A DNA stretch of 64,000 nucleotides from Shigella phage ESH35: the sequence record ON528745; one strand, given 5' to 3'. A program made the translations under genes and the position numbers. The notes below the pieces were generated by a model that worked only from the letters and a program-made list of their open reading frames with translations, searched no databases and was not told the DNA's origin. Each line of letters begins with the position of its first letter. The first letter of the stretch is position 1. This document shows, piece after piece, positions 46,872-57,303 of this stretch.

Positions 46872-47137
46872 AAATTATGAAATATATTAATCGTTCTATC
46901 GCGGCATTAGTATTAGCAGTGTCTTTAGCAGGATGTACTGATGCTGATAATGCAACCAAAGTTTTATCTTCAAGTGGTTTTACTAATATTGAAATCACTG
47001 GATATAATTGGTTTGGTTGTTCTGAAAATGATTTCCAACATACTGGATTTCGTGCTATTGGACCTACTGGGCAGAAAGTAGAAGGAACAGTATGTTCTGG
47101 GCTGTTCTTTAAGGATTCAACTATTCGTTTTAAATAA
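46868..47137 (+). CDS. putative lipoprotein
   Basis: 89 aa; signal plus lipobox ..LAVSLAGC; followed by terminator. Confidence 0.5.
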   Translation: MKIMKYINRSIAALVLAVSLAGCTDADNATKVLSSSGFTNIEITGYNWFGCSENDFQHTGFRAIGPTGQKVEGTVCSGLFFKDSTIRFK

Positions 47138-47160
47138 AAGGCCTTCGGGCCTTTAGCTTT
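47138..47160 (+). terminator. intrinsic terminator (UUCG tetraloop)
   Basis: AGGCCTTCGGGCCT + TTAGCTTTA before gene 39. Confidence 0.55.
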
Positions 47161-47206
47161 ATGATTGCCGGAGTATAATATTCCCGAAACCAAACGAGGA
47201 TAAGTG

Positions 47207-49024
47207 ATGATTAAGAATGAAATTAAAATTCTGAGCGATATTGAACATATCAAAAAGCGTAGCGGCATGTATATTGGCTCTTCTGCTAATGAAATGCATG
47301 AGCGCTTTCTGTTTGGTAAATGGGAAAGTGTTCAGTATGTACCTGGTCTTGTTAAGCTTATTGATGAAATTATCGATAACTCAGTAGATGAAGGTATTCG
47401 TACTAAGTTTAAATTCGCGAATAAAATTAATGTTACCATTAAAGATAATCAGGTAACAGTTGAAGATAACGGTCGCGGTATTCCACAAGCGATGGTTAAA
47501 ACACCTACTGGTGAAGAAATTCCTGGTCCTGTTGCTGCCTGGACTATTCCAAAAGCAGGTGGTAACTTCGGTGATGATAAAGAACGCGTCACCGGTGGTA
47601 TGAATGGTGTTGGTTCTAGTTTGACAAACATTTTTTCTGTGATGTTTGTCGGTGAAACTGGCGATGGTCAAAATAATATTGTAGTTCGTTGTTCAAATGG
47701 TATGGAAAATAAATCCTGGGAAACTATTCCTGGAAAATGGAAAGGAACTCGTGTTACTTTCATTCCTGATTTTATGTCATTTGAAACTAATGAGCTGTCT
47801 CAGGTTTATCTTGACATTACACTGGACCGTCTCCAGACACTTGCTGTCGTTTATCCTGATATTCAATTTACTTTTAATGGTAAAAAGGTTCAGGGCAATT
47901 TTAAGAAATATGCACGACAGTATGATGAACATGCTATTGTTCAAGAACAAGAAAATTGTTCTATTGCGGTTGGTCGTTCACCGGATGGTTTTCGTCAATT
48001 AACTTACGTGAATAACATTCATACTAAGAATGGTGGCCATCACATTGACTGTGTTATGGATGATATTTGCGAAGACCTTATTCCACAAATCAAACGTAAA
48101 TTCAAAATTGATGTAACTAAAGCACGCGTTAAAGAATGTTTGACTATCGTTATGTTTGTTCGTGATATGAAAAACATGCGATTTGATTCTCAAACTAAAG
48201 AGCGTTTGACTTCTCCATTTGGCGAAATTCGTAGTCATATTCAACTTGATGCTAAAAAGATTTCACGCGCTATTCTAAATAATGAAGCAATTCTGATGCC
48301 GATTATTGAAGCTGCGTTGGCTCGTAAATTGGCGGCAGAAAAAGCAGCAGAAACTAAAGCAGCTAAAAAGGCTTCTAAAGCTAAGGTTCATAAACATATC
48401 AAAGCGAATCTTTGTGGTAAAGATGCTGACACTACTCTTTTCTTGACTGAGGGTGATTCTGCTATCGGATATCTTATTGATGTTCGTGATAAAGAACTTC
48501 ATGGTGGTTATCCATTGCGTGGTAAAGTTCTTAACAGCTGGGGTATGTCATATGCTGATATGCTTAAAAACAAAGAACTATTTGATATTTGCGCAATCAC
48601 TGGATTAGTTCTTGGTGAAAAAGCTGAAAACTTGAATTATCATAATATTGCTATTATGACCGATGCTGACCATGATGGTCTAGGAAGCATTTATCCTTCT
48701 CTGCTCGGGTTTTTTAGTAATTGGCCAGAATTGTTTGAGCAAGGACGAATTCGCTTTGTCAAAACTCCTGTAATCATCGCTCAGGTCGGTAAAAAACAAG
48801 AATGGTTTTATACAATCGCTGAATATGAGAGTGCCAAAGATGCTCTACCTAAACATAGCATCCGTTATATTAAAGGACTTGGCTCTTTGGAAAAATCTGA
48901 ATATCGTGAGATGATTCAAAATCCAGCATATGATGTTGTTAAACTTCCTGAGAACTGGAAAGAGCTTTTTGAAATGCTCATGGGAGATAATGCTGACCTT
49001 CGCAAAGAATGGATGAGCCAGTAG
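47207..49024 (+). CDS. 39: DNA topoisomerase II large subunit, fused gp39+gp60 type (GHKL ATPase + TOPRIM)
   Basis: About 605-aa single ORF (track 47204 GTG, ATG at 47207); MIKNEIKILSDIEHIKKRSGMYIGS.. recognised; longer than split T4 gp39. Confidence 0.92.
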   Translation: MIKNEIKILSDIEHIKKRSGMYIGSSANEMHERFLFGKWESVQYVPGLVKLIDEIIDNSVDEGIRTKFKFANKINVTIKDNQVTVEDNGRGIPQAMVKTPTGEEIPGPVAAWTIPKAGGNFGDDKERVTGGMNGVGSSLTNIFSVMFVGETGDGQNNIVVRCSNGMENKSWETIPGKWKGTRVTFIPDFMSFETNELSQVYLDITLDRLQTLAVVYPDIQFTFNGKKVQGNFKKYARQYDEHAIVQEQENCSIAVGRSPDGFRQLTYVNNIHTKNGGHHIDCVMDDICEDLIPQIKRKFKIDVTKARVKECLTIVMFVRDMKNMRFDSQTKERLTSPFGEIRSHIQLDAKKISRAILNNEAILMPIIEAALARKLAAEKAAETKAAKKASKAKVHKHIKANLCGKDADTTLFLTEGDSAIGYLIDVRDKELHGGYPLRGKVLNSWGMSYADMLKNKELFDICAITGLVLGEKAENLNYHNIAIMTDADHDGLGSIYPSLLGFFSNWPELFEQGRIRFVKTPVIIAQVGKKQEWFYTIAEYESAKDALPKHSIRYIKGLGSLEKSEYREMIQNPAYDVVKLPENWKELFEMLMGDNADLRKEWMSQ

Positions 49025-49026
49025 TT

Positions 49027-49056
49027 TACTTTACCACAAGGATGTGGTATAATTAA
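49027..49056 (+). promoter_or_regulatory. early promoter upstream of rIIA.1/rIIA
   Basis: GTTTACTTTACCACAAGGATGTGGTATAAT, one mismatch from the 4015 copy. Confidence 0.55.
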
Positions 49057-49078
49057 TTGGGCAAATGAGGATATTGGA

Positions 49079-49282
49079 ATGAAATCATATAAAGTAAATT
49101 TAGAACTTTTTGATAAAGCAGTTCATCGAGAATATAGAATCATTCAACGCTTTTTCGATATGGGAGAAGCCGAAGAATTTAAAAACCGCTTTAAAGATAT
49201 TAGAGATAAAATTCAATCCGACACTGCAACTAAAGATGAACTACTAGAAGTTGCTGAAGTTATTAAGCGTAATATGAATTAA
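49079..49282 (+). CDS. hypothetical protein (rIIA.1 position)
   Basis: 67-aa ORF after early promoter GTTTAC..TATAAT. Confidence 0.5.
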   Translation: MKSYKVNLELFDKAVHREYRIIQRFFDMGEAEEFKNRFKDIRDKIQSDTATKDELLEVAEVIKRNMN

Positions 49283-49292
49283 TGAGGAAATT

Positions 49293-51470
49293 ATGATTAT
49301 CACCACTGAAAAAGAAACAATTCTTGGTAATGGTTCTAAATCAAAAGCATTTAGCATCACAGCATCTCCTAAAGTATTTAAAATTCTGTCATCTGATTTG
49401 TATACAAACAAAATTCGCGCAGTTGTTCGTGAATTGATTACCAACATGATTGATGCCCATGCTCTCAATGGAAATCCTGAAAAATTTATCATTCAAGTTC
49501 CTGGACGTTTAGATCCACGATTTGTTTGTCGAGATTTTGGTCCGGGTATGAGTGATTTTGATATTCAGGGTGATGATAATTCTCCTGGGTTATATAATTC
49601 ATACTTCAGTTCATCTAAGGCTGAATCTAACGATTTCATTGGCGGATTTGGTTTAGGTTCTAAATCTCCGTTTAGTTATACTGATACGTTTAGTATTACT
49701 TCGTATCATAAAGGTGAAATTCGTGGTTATGTAGCTTACATGGATGGTGATGGTCCACAAATTAAACCTACATTCGTGAAAGAAATGGGTCCAGATGATA
49801 AAACTGGTATTGAAATCGTAGTTCCAGTTGAAGAAAAAGACTTTAGAAACTTTGCTTATGAAGTTTCTTATATCATGCGACCGTTCAAAGATTTGGCTAT
49901 TATTAATGGTCTTGACCGCGAAATTGATTATTTTCCGGATTTTGATGACTATTACGGTGTAAATCCAGAAAGATACTGGCCTGATCGTGGTGGATTATAT
50001 GCTATCTATGGTGGTATTGTTTATCCTATCGATGGTGTTATTAGAGACCGTAACTGGCTAAGCATTCGCAATGAAGTGAATTACATTAAATTTCCAATGG
50101 GTTCACTTGATATTGCTCCATCTCGCGAGGCTCTTTCACTGGATGATCGTACTCGTAAAAATATTATTGAACGAGTTAAAGAACTCAGTGAGAAAGCATT
50201 TAATGAAGATGTAAAACGATTTAAAGAATCTACATCTCCCCGTCACACATATCGTGAATTGATGAAGATGGGGTATTCTGCTCGAGATTATATGATTAGT
50301 AATTCAGTCAAATTCACGACTAAAAATCTGTCATATAAAAAGATGCAGAGCATGTTTGAACCTGACAGTAAGTTATGTAATGCAGGCGTGGTGTATGAAG
50401 TAAATCTTGACCCTCGACTGAAACGCATTAAGCAAAGTCATGAAACATCAGCCGTTGCGTCAAGTTATCGTCTGTTTGGTATTAATACAACAAAAATTAA
50501 TATCGTTATTGATAATATTAAAAATCGTGTTAATATTGTCCGTGGATTAGCACATGCGCTAGATGATAGTGAATTTAATAACACTTTAAATATTCATCAC
50601 AATGAGCGTCTTCTGTTTATTAATCCGGAAGTAGAATCGCAGATTGATTTACTACCTGATATTATGGCAATGTTTGAAAGTGATGAAGTTAACATTCATT
50701 ATTTGTCAGAAATTGAAGCTTTAGTTAAAAGCTATATTCCAAAGGTAGTTAAAAGTAAAGCTCCTCGTCCTAAAGCTGCTACAGCATTTAAGTTTGAAAT
50801 TAAAGATGGGCGTTGGGAAAAAGAGGAATTATTTACACTTACGTCAGAAGCAGATGAAATTACTGGTTATGTAGCGTATATGCATCGTTCTGATATTTTC
50901 TCTATGGATGGTACTACATCACTTTGTCATCCATCTATGAATATTTTGATTCGTATGGCTAATCTTATTGGCATTAATGAATTTTATGTTATTCGTCCGC
51001 TTTTACAGAAAAAGGTAAAAGAACTCGGTCAGTGCCAATGTATTTTTGAAGCTTTGCGTGATTTATATGTAGATGCTTTTGATGATGTAGATTATGATAA
51101 GTATGTAGGTTATTCAAGTTCAGCTCAACGATATATTGATAAAATTATCAAGTATCCTGAACTAGATTTTATGATGAAGTACTTCAGTACAGATGAAGTT
51201 TCTGAAGAATATACACGACTTGGTAATATGGTTAGTTCATTACGCGGTGTGTATTTCAATGGTGGAAAAGATACCATCGGTCATGATATCTGGACAGTAA
51301 CTAATCTCTTTGATGAATTATCACGTAATGCTTCAAAAAATAGTGATAAAATGGTTGCTGAGTTTACCAAGAAATTCCGTATTGTTTCCGACTTCATCGG
51401 ATATCGCAACTCTTTAAGTGATGATGAAGTTTCCCAAATCGCTAAAACTATGAAGGCCCTTGCGGCCTAA
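49293..51470 (+). CDS. rIIA: RIIA protein
   Basis: 725 aa, exact T4 RIIA length, adjacent to 312-aa RIIB. Confidence 0.9.
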   Translation: MIITTEKETILGNGSKSKAFSITASPKVFKILSSDLYTNKIRAVVRELITNMIDAHALNGNPEKFIIQVPGRLDPRFVCRDFGPGMSDFDIQGDDNSPGLYNSYFSSSKAESNDFIGGFGLGSKSPFSYTDTFSITSYHKGEIRGYVAYMDGDGPQIKPTFVKEMGPDDKTGIEIVVPVEEKDFRNFAYEVSYIMRPFKDLAIINGLDREIDYFPDFDDYYGVNPERYWPDRGGLYAIYGGIVYPIDGVIRDRNWLSIRNEVNYIKFPMGSLDIAPSREALSLDDRTRKNIIERVKELSEKAFNEDVKRFKESTSPRHTYRELMKMGYSARDYMISNSVKFTTKNLSYKKMQSMFEPDSKLCNAGVVYEVNLDPRLKRIKQSHETSAVASSYRLFGINTTKINIVIDNIKNRVNIVRGLAHALDDSEFNNTLNIHHNERLLFINPEVESQIDLLPDIMAMFESDEVNIHYLSEIEALVKSYIPKVVKSKAPRPKAATAFKFEIKDGRWEKEELFTLTSEADEITGYVAYMHRSDIFSMDGTTSLCHPSMNILIRMANLIGINEFYVIRPLLQKKVKELGQCQCIFEALRDLYVDAFDDVDYDKYVGYSSSAQRYIDKIIKYPELDFMMKYFSTDEVSEEYTRLGNMVSSLRGVYFNGGKDTIGHDIWTVTNLFDELSRNASKNSDKMVAEFTKKFRIVSDFIGYRNSLSDDEVSQIAKTMKALAA

Positions 51471-51481
51471 TAAGGAAAATT

Positions 51482-52420
51482 ATGTACAATATTAAATGCC
51501 TGACCAAAAACGAACAAGCTGAAATTGTTAAGCTGTATTCAAGTGGTAATTACACCCAACAGGAATTGGCTGATTGGCAAGGTGTATCGGTTGACACAAT
51601 TCGTCGTGTTTTGAAAAATGCTGAAGAAGCTAAACGCTCTAAAGTTACTATTAGCGGTGATATTACAATTAAAGTTAATAGCGATGCAGTTATTGCTCCA
51701 GTTGCTAAATCTGACATTATTTGGAATGCATCTAAAAAATTCATTTCAATTACTGTTGACGGTGTAACTTATAACGCAACTCCTAATACTCATTCAAACT
51801 TCCAGGAAATTCTTAATCTGCTTGTAGCAGATAAGTTGGAAGAAGCGGCACAAAAAATTAATGTTCGTCGCGCTGTTGAAAAATATATTTCCGGCGATGT
51901 TCGAATTGAAGGCGGAAGCTTGTTCTATCAAAATATCGAATTACGGTCTGGTTTAGTTGATCGTATTCTCGATTCGATGGAAAAAGGTGAAAACTTTGAA
52001 TTTTATTTTCCGTTCTTGGAAAATCTGCTGGAAAACCCAAGCCAGAAAGCGGTATCTCGACTCTTTGATTTCTTGGTAGCAAACGATATTGAAATTACAG
52101 AAGATGGTTACTTCTATGCTTGGAAAGTAGTTCGTGACAACTACTTTGACTGTCACTCAAACACCTTTGATAACAGTCCTGGTAAAGTAGTTAAAATGCC
52201 GCGTACTCGTGTGAATGACGATGATACACAAACTTGTTCTCGTGGTCTGCATGTGTGTTCTAAATCTTATATTCGTCACTTTGGCAGTTCAACCAGCCGA
52301 GTTGTAAAAGTTAAAGTACATCCACGTGATGTAGTATCAATTCCGATTGATTACAACGATGCTAAAATGCGTACCTGCCAATACGAAGTAGTTGAAGACG
52401 TTACTGAACAATTTAAATAA
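51482..52420 (+). CDS. rIIB: RIIB protein
   Basis: 312 aa, exact T4 RIIB length; followed by terminator. Confidence 0.9.
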   Translation: MYNIKCLTKNEQAEIVKLYSSGNYTQQELADWQGVSVDTIRRVLKNAEEAKRSKVTISGDITIKVNSDAVIAPVAKSDIIWNASKKFISITVDGVTYNATPNTHSNFQEILNLLVADKLEEAAQKINVRRAVEKYISGDVRIEGGSLFYQNIELRSGLVDRILDSMEKGENFEFYFPFLENLLENPSQKAVSRLFDFLVANDIEITEDGYFYAWKVVRDNYFDCHSNTFDNSPGKVVKMPRTRVNDDDTQTCSRGLHVCSKSYIRHFGSSTSRVVKVKVHPRDVVSIPIDYNDAKMRTCQYEVVEDVTEQFK

Positions 52421-52440
52421 GGGCTTCGGCCCTTATCATA
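52418..52440 (+). terminator. intrinsic terminator (UUCG tetraloop)
   Basis: AAGGGCTTCGGCCCTT after rIIB. Confidence 0.55.
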
Positions 52441-52452
52441 TTAAGGAAAATT

Positions 52453-52647
52453 ATGTTAGGTTATCAAGCACGAGTAAAAGAAGAATACGATCAATTAATG
52501 CTCAAAATTAATGCACTGAGCAAATTTTTAGAAAGCGCAAAGTTTCTAACAGTTAACGCAGTTGAGCAAGAACTGCTACTTTCGCAGTTCATCTCAATGA
52601 AATCTTATGCTGAGTGTCTAGAGAAAAGAATCGCACAATTCAAATAA
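52453..52647 (+). CDS. hypothetical helical protein bracketed by two terminators
   Basis: 64-aa ORF; AAGGGCTTCGGCCCTT hairpins immediately before and after. Confidence 0.45.
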   Translation: MLGYQARVKEEYDQLMLKINALSKFLESAKFLTVNAVEQELLLSQFISMKSYAECLEKRIAQFK

Positions 52648-52649
52648 AA

Positions 52650-52674
52650 TAAGGGCTTCGGCCCTTTTGTTTTA
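52650..52674 (+). terminator. intrinsic terminator (UUCG tetraloop), duplicate of 52418 copy
   Basis: AAGGGCTTCGGCCCTTTTGTTTT. Confidence 0.6.
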
Positions 52675-52710
52675 AGAGAAATTATGATTCCGACATAAAG
52701 GAAAGTTTAA

Positions 52711-53268
52711 ATGCAGAAAACGAATCCGGGTTTACAGAGACTATTTCAGATTCCGACATTTACCCTATCGAACAGTGACTTGACTAGTGAAATGAAGGTC
52801 AAAATTGCTGATACAGCAAGATACTCTTTAAAACAAAACCCGAACCAGGATAAAGCAGAAGTTATCGAAAGATGCCGTATCGCTGTGTACGCAGAGTTTT
52901 TTGTGGCAGATTGGCTAAGCGGATATGTCAATAAAGGCCAAGAAAATGTCGATGATCCGTACACGTATGCATGGGATGTTTTAGCGCATCCAAAATATTG
53001 CGGGCTTCGTGTAGAAGTCAAAACACATCAAACTGACTCGCGTTGGATTTCGGTAACAACGGGATGCAGCGGAGAGTATCCATATGGTTCTGGAATAAAT
53101 TTAGGGCCCATTCTAAATCATCAAGTCGCTGACTGTATAATTATATTCAACACTAAAGAAATTCATCCAGGTGTCATCCAGTACACTCCGAAGTTCATCG
53201 GTGACAGAGAAGACCTTCGTAAGGTTGTAAGAAAAAGCAACTACAACGGATGGTATCTTTCCATTTAA
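52711..53268 (+). CDS. denB: probable endonuclease IV DenB
   Basis: 185 aa (T4 DenB length) in the position after rIIB. Confidence 0.6.
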   Translation: MQKTNPGLQRLFQIPTFTLSNSDLTSEMKVKIADTARYSLKQNPNQDKAEVIERCRIAVYAEFFVADWLSGYVNKGQENVDDPYTYAWDVLAHPKYCGLRVEVKTHQTDSRWISVTTGCSGEYPYGSGINLGPILNHQVADCIIIFNTKEIHPGVIQYTPKFIGDREDLRKVVRKSNYNGWYLSI

Positions 53269-53269
53269 A

Positions 53270-53344
53270 AATTTTTTCACAAAACGGTTTACATACCACA
53301 AGGACCGTGGTACTATTACCCTATCAACTACGGAGGAGCGGAAA
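53270..53344 (+). promoter_or_regulatory. early promoter/leader cassette copy D
   Basis: TTTTCACAAAACGGTTTAC...CGTGGTACTATTACCCTATCAACTACGGAGGAGCGGAAA. Confidence 0.6.
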
Positions 53345-53608
53345 ATGAAATTTAAATTTTATTACGCTAAACATAAAATAACTGATGAGTTTGTGTCAGT
53401 TGAATATTCTAGCGATGATGAAGGCATGATTTATACTCGCTTAGGATTATCGCATTGGGAGTCTGATCAGCCTTATTTTTCAACTCCCGAAGAAATTACA
53501 CGCTTAGTTAATGGTCATATGAATGACCACTGGAATGTAATTCTTTCAGATAGTCTTAAAGCGGCTATTAATAGTAATGAAATGAAAATCGCTGAGATTG
53601 AGCTATGA
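53345..53608 (+). CDS. hypothetical protein
   Basis: 87-aa ORF driven by promoter-cassette copy D. Confidence 0.45.
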   Translation: MKFKFYYAKHKITDEFVSVEYSSDDEGMIYTRLGLSHWESDQPYFSTPEEITRLVNGHMNDHWNVILSDSLKAAINSNEMKIAEIEL

Positions 53609-54263
53609 GTTCATTATGGTGGTGTTTCGTTTGGTTAATTAGTATTCCATTAATTTGTTTAACATTTACTTTTGTGATGAGGTTATTATGAAAATTTTGA
53701 ATTCTGTACTTATTGCTTGTGCGTGGTGGGTTGCACAGGTTTCAGCAGTGGTGATTGGTATTCACATTTATTACGAATATTTTTAAAAAGTTGTTTACAA
53801 GACTGTTCTTCCGTGGTACTATTACCCTATCAACTACGGAGGAACAGAAAATGAAAAAGATTGTTAAAGCTATATGGAATGTAGTTATAATACTAATAGT
53901 TTTGAGTATATTCCCAATCGTTTTAATGATTGATGTATTAAACGTTTACTTTGGATTTATGTGAGGAAAATATGAATATTGCAAAATTATTAGGAGTTAT
54001 TTCATTTATTTGTTGGATAGTAGCATGTGTTTTAACTATCTGTATTGATGCTAGCAGTGTGTTTTCACAAGCTTTAGCCCAGGGTATGTGTGCATATTTA
54101 ACATTTGTGTTGTTATCTACTAATGATTAAGAAAATCTTGGGCTATTCACTAGCCCTTGCTACTTTATTGGTAGCACTATATTATGGAGTAATGTTCGGA
54201 TTAATTCAAGTCGTGCTTTTCATTTCTGATGTTATTATGGCACTACATTCACTAGTATGGTAA
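53604..54263 (+). other. cluster of at least five short hydrophobic ORFs (28-52 aa), ndd/ac/stp-equivalent region
   Basis: Read by eye: MSSLWWCFVWLISIPLICL.., MKILNSVLIACAWWVAQV.., MKKIVKAIWNVVIILIVLSIFPIVLMI.. (track 53755..53964 trimmed), MNIAKLLGVISFICWIVACVL.., MIKKILGYSLALATLLVALYYGVMFGL..; individual coordinates approximate. Confidence 0.35.
53787..53850 (+). promoter_or_regulatory. early promoter/leader cassette copy E
   Basis: GTTTACAAGACTGTTCTTCCGTGGTACTATTACCCTATCAACTACGGAGGAACAGAAA. Confidence 0.6.
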
Positions 54264-54267
54264 ATTT

Positions 54268-55596
54268 ATGCAACTGAATAATCGCGATTTAAAAAGTATC
54301 ATTGATAATGAAGCACTGGCTTATGCTATGTACACGGTTGAAAATCGTGCTATCCCAAATATGATTGACGGATTTAAGCCAGTTCAACGATTTGTTATTG
54401 CTCGAGCTCTTGATTTGGCACGAGGAAATAAAGATAAGTTTCACAAACTCGCTTCTATCGCAGGTGGTGTAGCGGACCTTGGATATCATCATGGCGAAAA
54501 CTCTGCACAAGACGCAGGTGCTTTGATGGCTAACACTTGGAATAATAACTTTCCTCTGTTAGATGGTCAAGGAAACTTCGGTTCTCGTACCGTTCAAAAA
54601 GCAGCGGCAAGTCGTTATATTTTTGCTCGTGTAAGTAAAAATTTCTATAACGTATATAAAGATACTGAGTATGCTCCGGTACATCAAGATAAAGAACACA
54701 TTCCGCCTGCTTTCTATTTGCCTATTATTCCTACTGTTCTTCTTAATGGCGTTTCCGGTATTGCAACTGGTTATGCAACTTACATTCTTCCTCATAGTGT
54801 TTCTTCTGTCAAGAAAGCTGTACTGCAAGCTCTTCAAGGAAAGAAAGTAACTAAACCGAAGGTAGAATTCCCAGAATTTCGTGGTGAAGTTGTTGAAATT
54901 GATGGGCAGTATGAAATTCGTGGAACATATAAGTTTACTTCACGAACTCAAATGCATATCACTGAGATTCCATATAAGTATGATCGTGAAACTTATGTGA
55001 GTAAAATCTTAGACCCACTTGAAGATAAAGGCTTCATTACATGGGATGATGCTTGCGGTGAGCACGGTTTTGGATTCAAAGTTAAATTCCGCAAAGAATA
55101 TTCTTTGAGCGATAATGAAGAAGAACGCCATGCAAAAATTATGAAAGACTTCGGGTTGATTGAGCGTCGTTCTCAGAATATTACGGTTATTAATGAGAAA
55201 GGAAAACTACAAGTTTACGATAACGTAGTTGATTTAATTAAAGATTTCGTTGAAGTTCGTAAAACTTATGTCCAAAAACGAATTGATAACAAAATTAAAG
55301 AAACTGAGTCAGCTTTTCGTTTAGCCTTTGCCAAGGCACATTTCATTAAGAAAGTAATTTCAGGTGAAATTATTGTACAGGGTAAAACTCGTAAAGAACT
55401 GACCGAAGAACTTTCGAAAATCGATATGTATTCTTCTTATGTTGATAAATTAGTTGGAATGAATATTTTTCATATGACTTCCGACGAAGCAAAGAAACTT
55501 GCTGAAGAAGCTAAAGCTAAAAAAGAAGAAAACGAATATTGGAAAACTACTGATGTAGTTACTGAATACACCAAAGATTTAGAGGAAATCAAATGA
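54268..55596 (+). CDS. 52: DNA topoisomerase II medium subunit gp52 (GyrA-like)
   Basis: 442 aa; IPNMIDGFKPVQRFVIARAL.. recognised as T4 gp52. Confidence 0.93.
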   Translation: MQLNNRDLKSIIDNEALAYAMYTVENRAIPNMIDGFKPVQRFVIARALDLARGNKDKFHKLASIAGGVADLGYHHGENSAQDAGALMANTWNNNFPLLDGQGNFGSRTVQKAAASRYIFARVSKNFYNVYKDTEYAPVHQDKEHIPPAFYLPIIPTVLLNGVSGIATGYATYILPHSVSSVKKAVLQALQGKKVTKPKVEFPEFRGEVVEIDGQYEIRGTYKFTSRTQMHITEIPYKYDRETYVSKILDPLEDKGFITWDDACGEHGFGFKVKFRKEYSLSDNEEERHAKIMKDFGLIERRSQNITVINEKGKLQVYDNVVDLIKDFVEVRKTYVQKRIDNKIKETESAFRLAFAKAHFIKKVISGEIIVQGKTRKELTEELSKIDMYSSYVDKLVGMNIFHMTSDEAKKLAEEAKAKKEENEYWKTTDVVTEYTKDLEEIK

Positions 55597-55742
55597 GTCC
55601 ATTCATTGGTATTACAAGCGCTGCATTAGTATCTGGTAGCATTTTACTGGCGGGTTTAGGCGTTGTTCCAGCCGTAGCAGGAGGTCTTCTTGCGTTCGGA
55701 ATTCAACGTGTTATCATGACAGTTATCACAGTCATGCAGTAA
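55593..55742 (+). CDS. small membrane protein (52.1 position)
   Basis: Not in track; about 49-aa Gly/Ala-rich hydrophobic ORF with ATGA overlap at gene 52 stop. Confidence 0.3.
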   Translation: MSPFIGITSAALVSGSILLAGLGVVPAVAGGLLAFGIQRVIMTVITVMQ

Positions 55743-55745
55743 TTT

Positions 55746-55776
55746 TAGGGAGAGCCGAGGCTCTCCCTTTTTTATT
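55746..55776 (+). terminator. intrinsic terminator
   Basis: GGGAGAGCCGAGGCTCTCCC + TTTTTTATTTT after gene 52.1. Confidence 0.7.
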
Positions 55777-55779
55777 TTA

Positions 55780-55869
55780 AAATTTTTTTCACAAAACGGT
55801 TTACAACCAAAGCATACTGTGGTACTATACAACTATCAACTACTGATACAGAATTACGGAGATTAGAAA
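55780..55869 (+). promoter_or_regulatory. early promoter/leader cassette copy F (upstream of motA)
   Basis: TTTTCACAAAACGGTTTAC...CTGTGGTACTATACAACTATCAACTACTGATACAGA. Confidence 0.6.
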
Positions 55870-56505
55870 ATGTCTAAAGTAACTTACATCATCAAAGCTT
55901 CTAACGATGTTCTGAATGAAAAAACTGCTGCGATTTTAATTACTATTGCTAAGAAAGATTTCATTACAGCTGCAGAAGTTCGTGAGGTGCATCCAGATTT
56001 AGGTAACGCAGTAGTTAATAGTAATATTGGGGTATTGATTAAAAAAGGCCTGGTGGAGAAATCTGGTGATGGATTAATCATTACAGGTGAAGCTCAGGAT
56101 ATTATTTCAAACGCAGCAACTTTATACGCGCAGGAAAATGCTCCGGAACTGCTGAAAAAACGAGCAACTCGTAAAGCTCGTGAGATTACTTCTGATATGG
56201 AAGAAGATAAAGACCTCATGTTAAAACTTTTAGATGAAAATGGATTTGTTCTTAAAAAGGTCGAAACTTATCGCAGTAACTATCTCGCTATTTTAGAAAA
56301 ACGCACTCACGGAATTCGTAATTTTGAAATTAACAATAATGGAAATATGCGAATTTTTGGATACAAAATGATGGAACATCATATTCAGAAATTTACTGAT
56401 ATCGGAATGTCATGTAAAATCGCTAAAAACGGTAATGTGTATCTTGACATTAAACGTTCAGCAGAAAACATTGAAGCTGTAATCACTGTAGCATCTGAAC
56501 TGTGA
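55870..56505 (+). CDS. motA: middle-transcription activator MotA
   Basis: 211 aa (T4 MotA length); sequence recognised. Confidence 0.85.
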   Translation: MSKVTYIIKASNDVLNEKTAAILITIAKKDFITAAEVREVHPDLGNAVVNSNIGVLIKKGLVEKSGDGLIITGEAQDIISNAATLYAQENAPELLKKRATRKAREITSDMEEDKDLMLKLLDENGFVLKKVETYRSNYLAILEKRTHGIRNFEINNNGNMRIFGYKMMEHHIQKFTDIGMSCKIAKNGNVYLDIKRSAENIEAVITVASEL

Positions 56506-56515
56506 GGAATAAATA

Positions 56516-56845
56516 ATGAACAAGTTAGAAATTATCAATGAACTTCGTCGTTGTGCAGAACCTACTCAAGAGGGTTGGGATATCTGGTACCATGGAGCTT
56601 ATCTTGGAAGTATCGTAAAGATTAAGACTGGTAAATATTTAATCATCCGTGGCGGTTCTGAAGCCTCTATGGGAATTCGCAAGAACTTTATGGCAGCGAT
56701 CAGTACTTTTGTTCAAGCGGCTTATGAAATTTACCTTGCTGATTATAAAGAATTCCAGGAATCTCAACCAGTTATTCGCTCAATTGGTGTTAACAAAGCT
56801 CAACAGAAAACTTTGTGGCAGCGTATTAAAGGATGGTTTAAATGA
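56516..56845 (+). CDS. hypothetical protein
   Basis: 109-aa ORF. Confidence 0.5.
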   Translation: MNKLEIINELRRCAEPTQEGWDIWYHGAYLGSIVKIKTGKYLIIRGGSEASMGIRKNFMAAISTFVQAAYEIYLADYKEFQESQPVIRSIGVNKAQQKTLWQRIKGWFK

Positions 56846-57303
56846 ACCCATTTATTAATCGTTTAAAAATGTTGAATGTTCCTTTATCTCGTGAGACTCC
56901 AGAAAGTCTTGTTGAAAAATTTAAAGCGCATGGTTATAAATGCACAGAAGAAGATATTCTGAAAGAAGTTCCTGAAATCTGTTGGCAGTCTGCATATTGG
57001 GACGAAAATCAAAAATATCAACGACGAATTGTTTGCGCAGCCAACCGTTTTAAATTAAAAGATGGACGAACTCTTATTATTCCAGGTGCTCGTCATTATT
57101 CTAAAGATATGGCAGAAGTTTTAGATGTAGTTAAACCTCAATTAGTTACTCAGCAAGTTTGTGATGATGACCAAGGGTTTATTGACCAATATAGTAATTA
57201 TTGGACACGTGAAGAAGCAATGATTATTGCAACTTACGCCGGACAAGTACGTATTGAACGCGGTGGTAGTGAAAAAGAACTTTACTCTGAGGACCTTTAC
57301 TAA
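56842..57303 (+). CDS. hypothetical protein
   Basis: 153-aa ORF, start overlaps upstream stop. Confidence 0.5.
   Translation: MNPFINRLKMLNVPLSRETPESLVEKFKAHGYKCTEEDILKEVPEICWQSAYWDENQKYQRRIVCAANRFKLKDGRTLIIPGARHYSKDMAEVLDVVKPQLVTQQVCDDDQGFIDQYSNYWTREEAMIIATYAGQVRIERGGSEKELYSEDLY

Noticed and set aside
47207-49282. Gene 60 with the 50-nt translational bypass
   Set aside because: Gene 39 is a single fused ORF ending at 49024 and the next ORF is the small rIIA.1; no separate gene 60 or coding gap seen.
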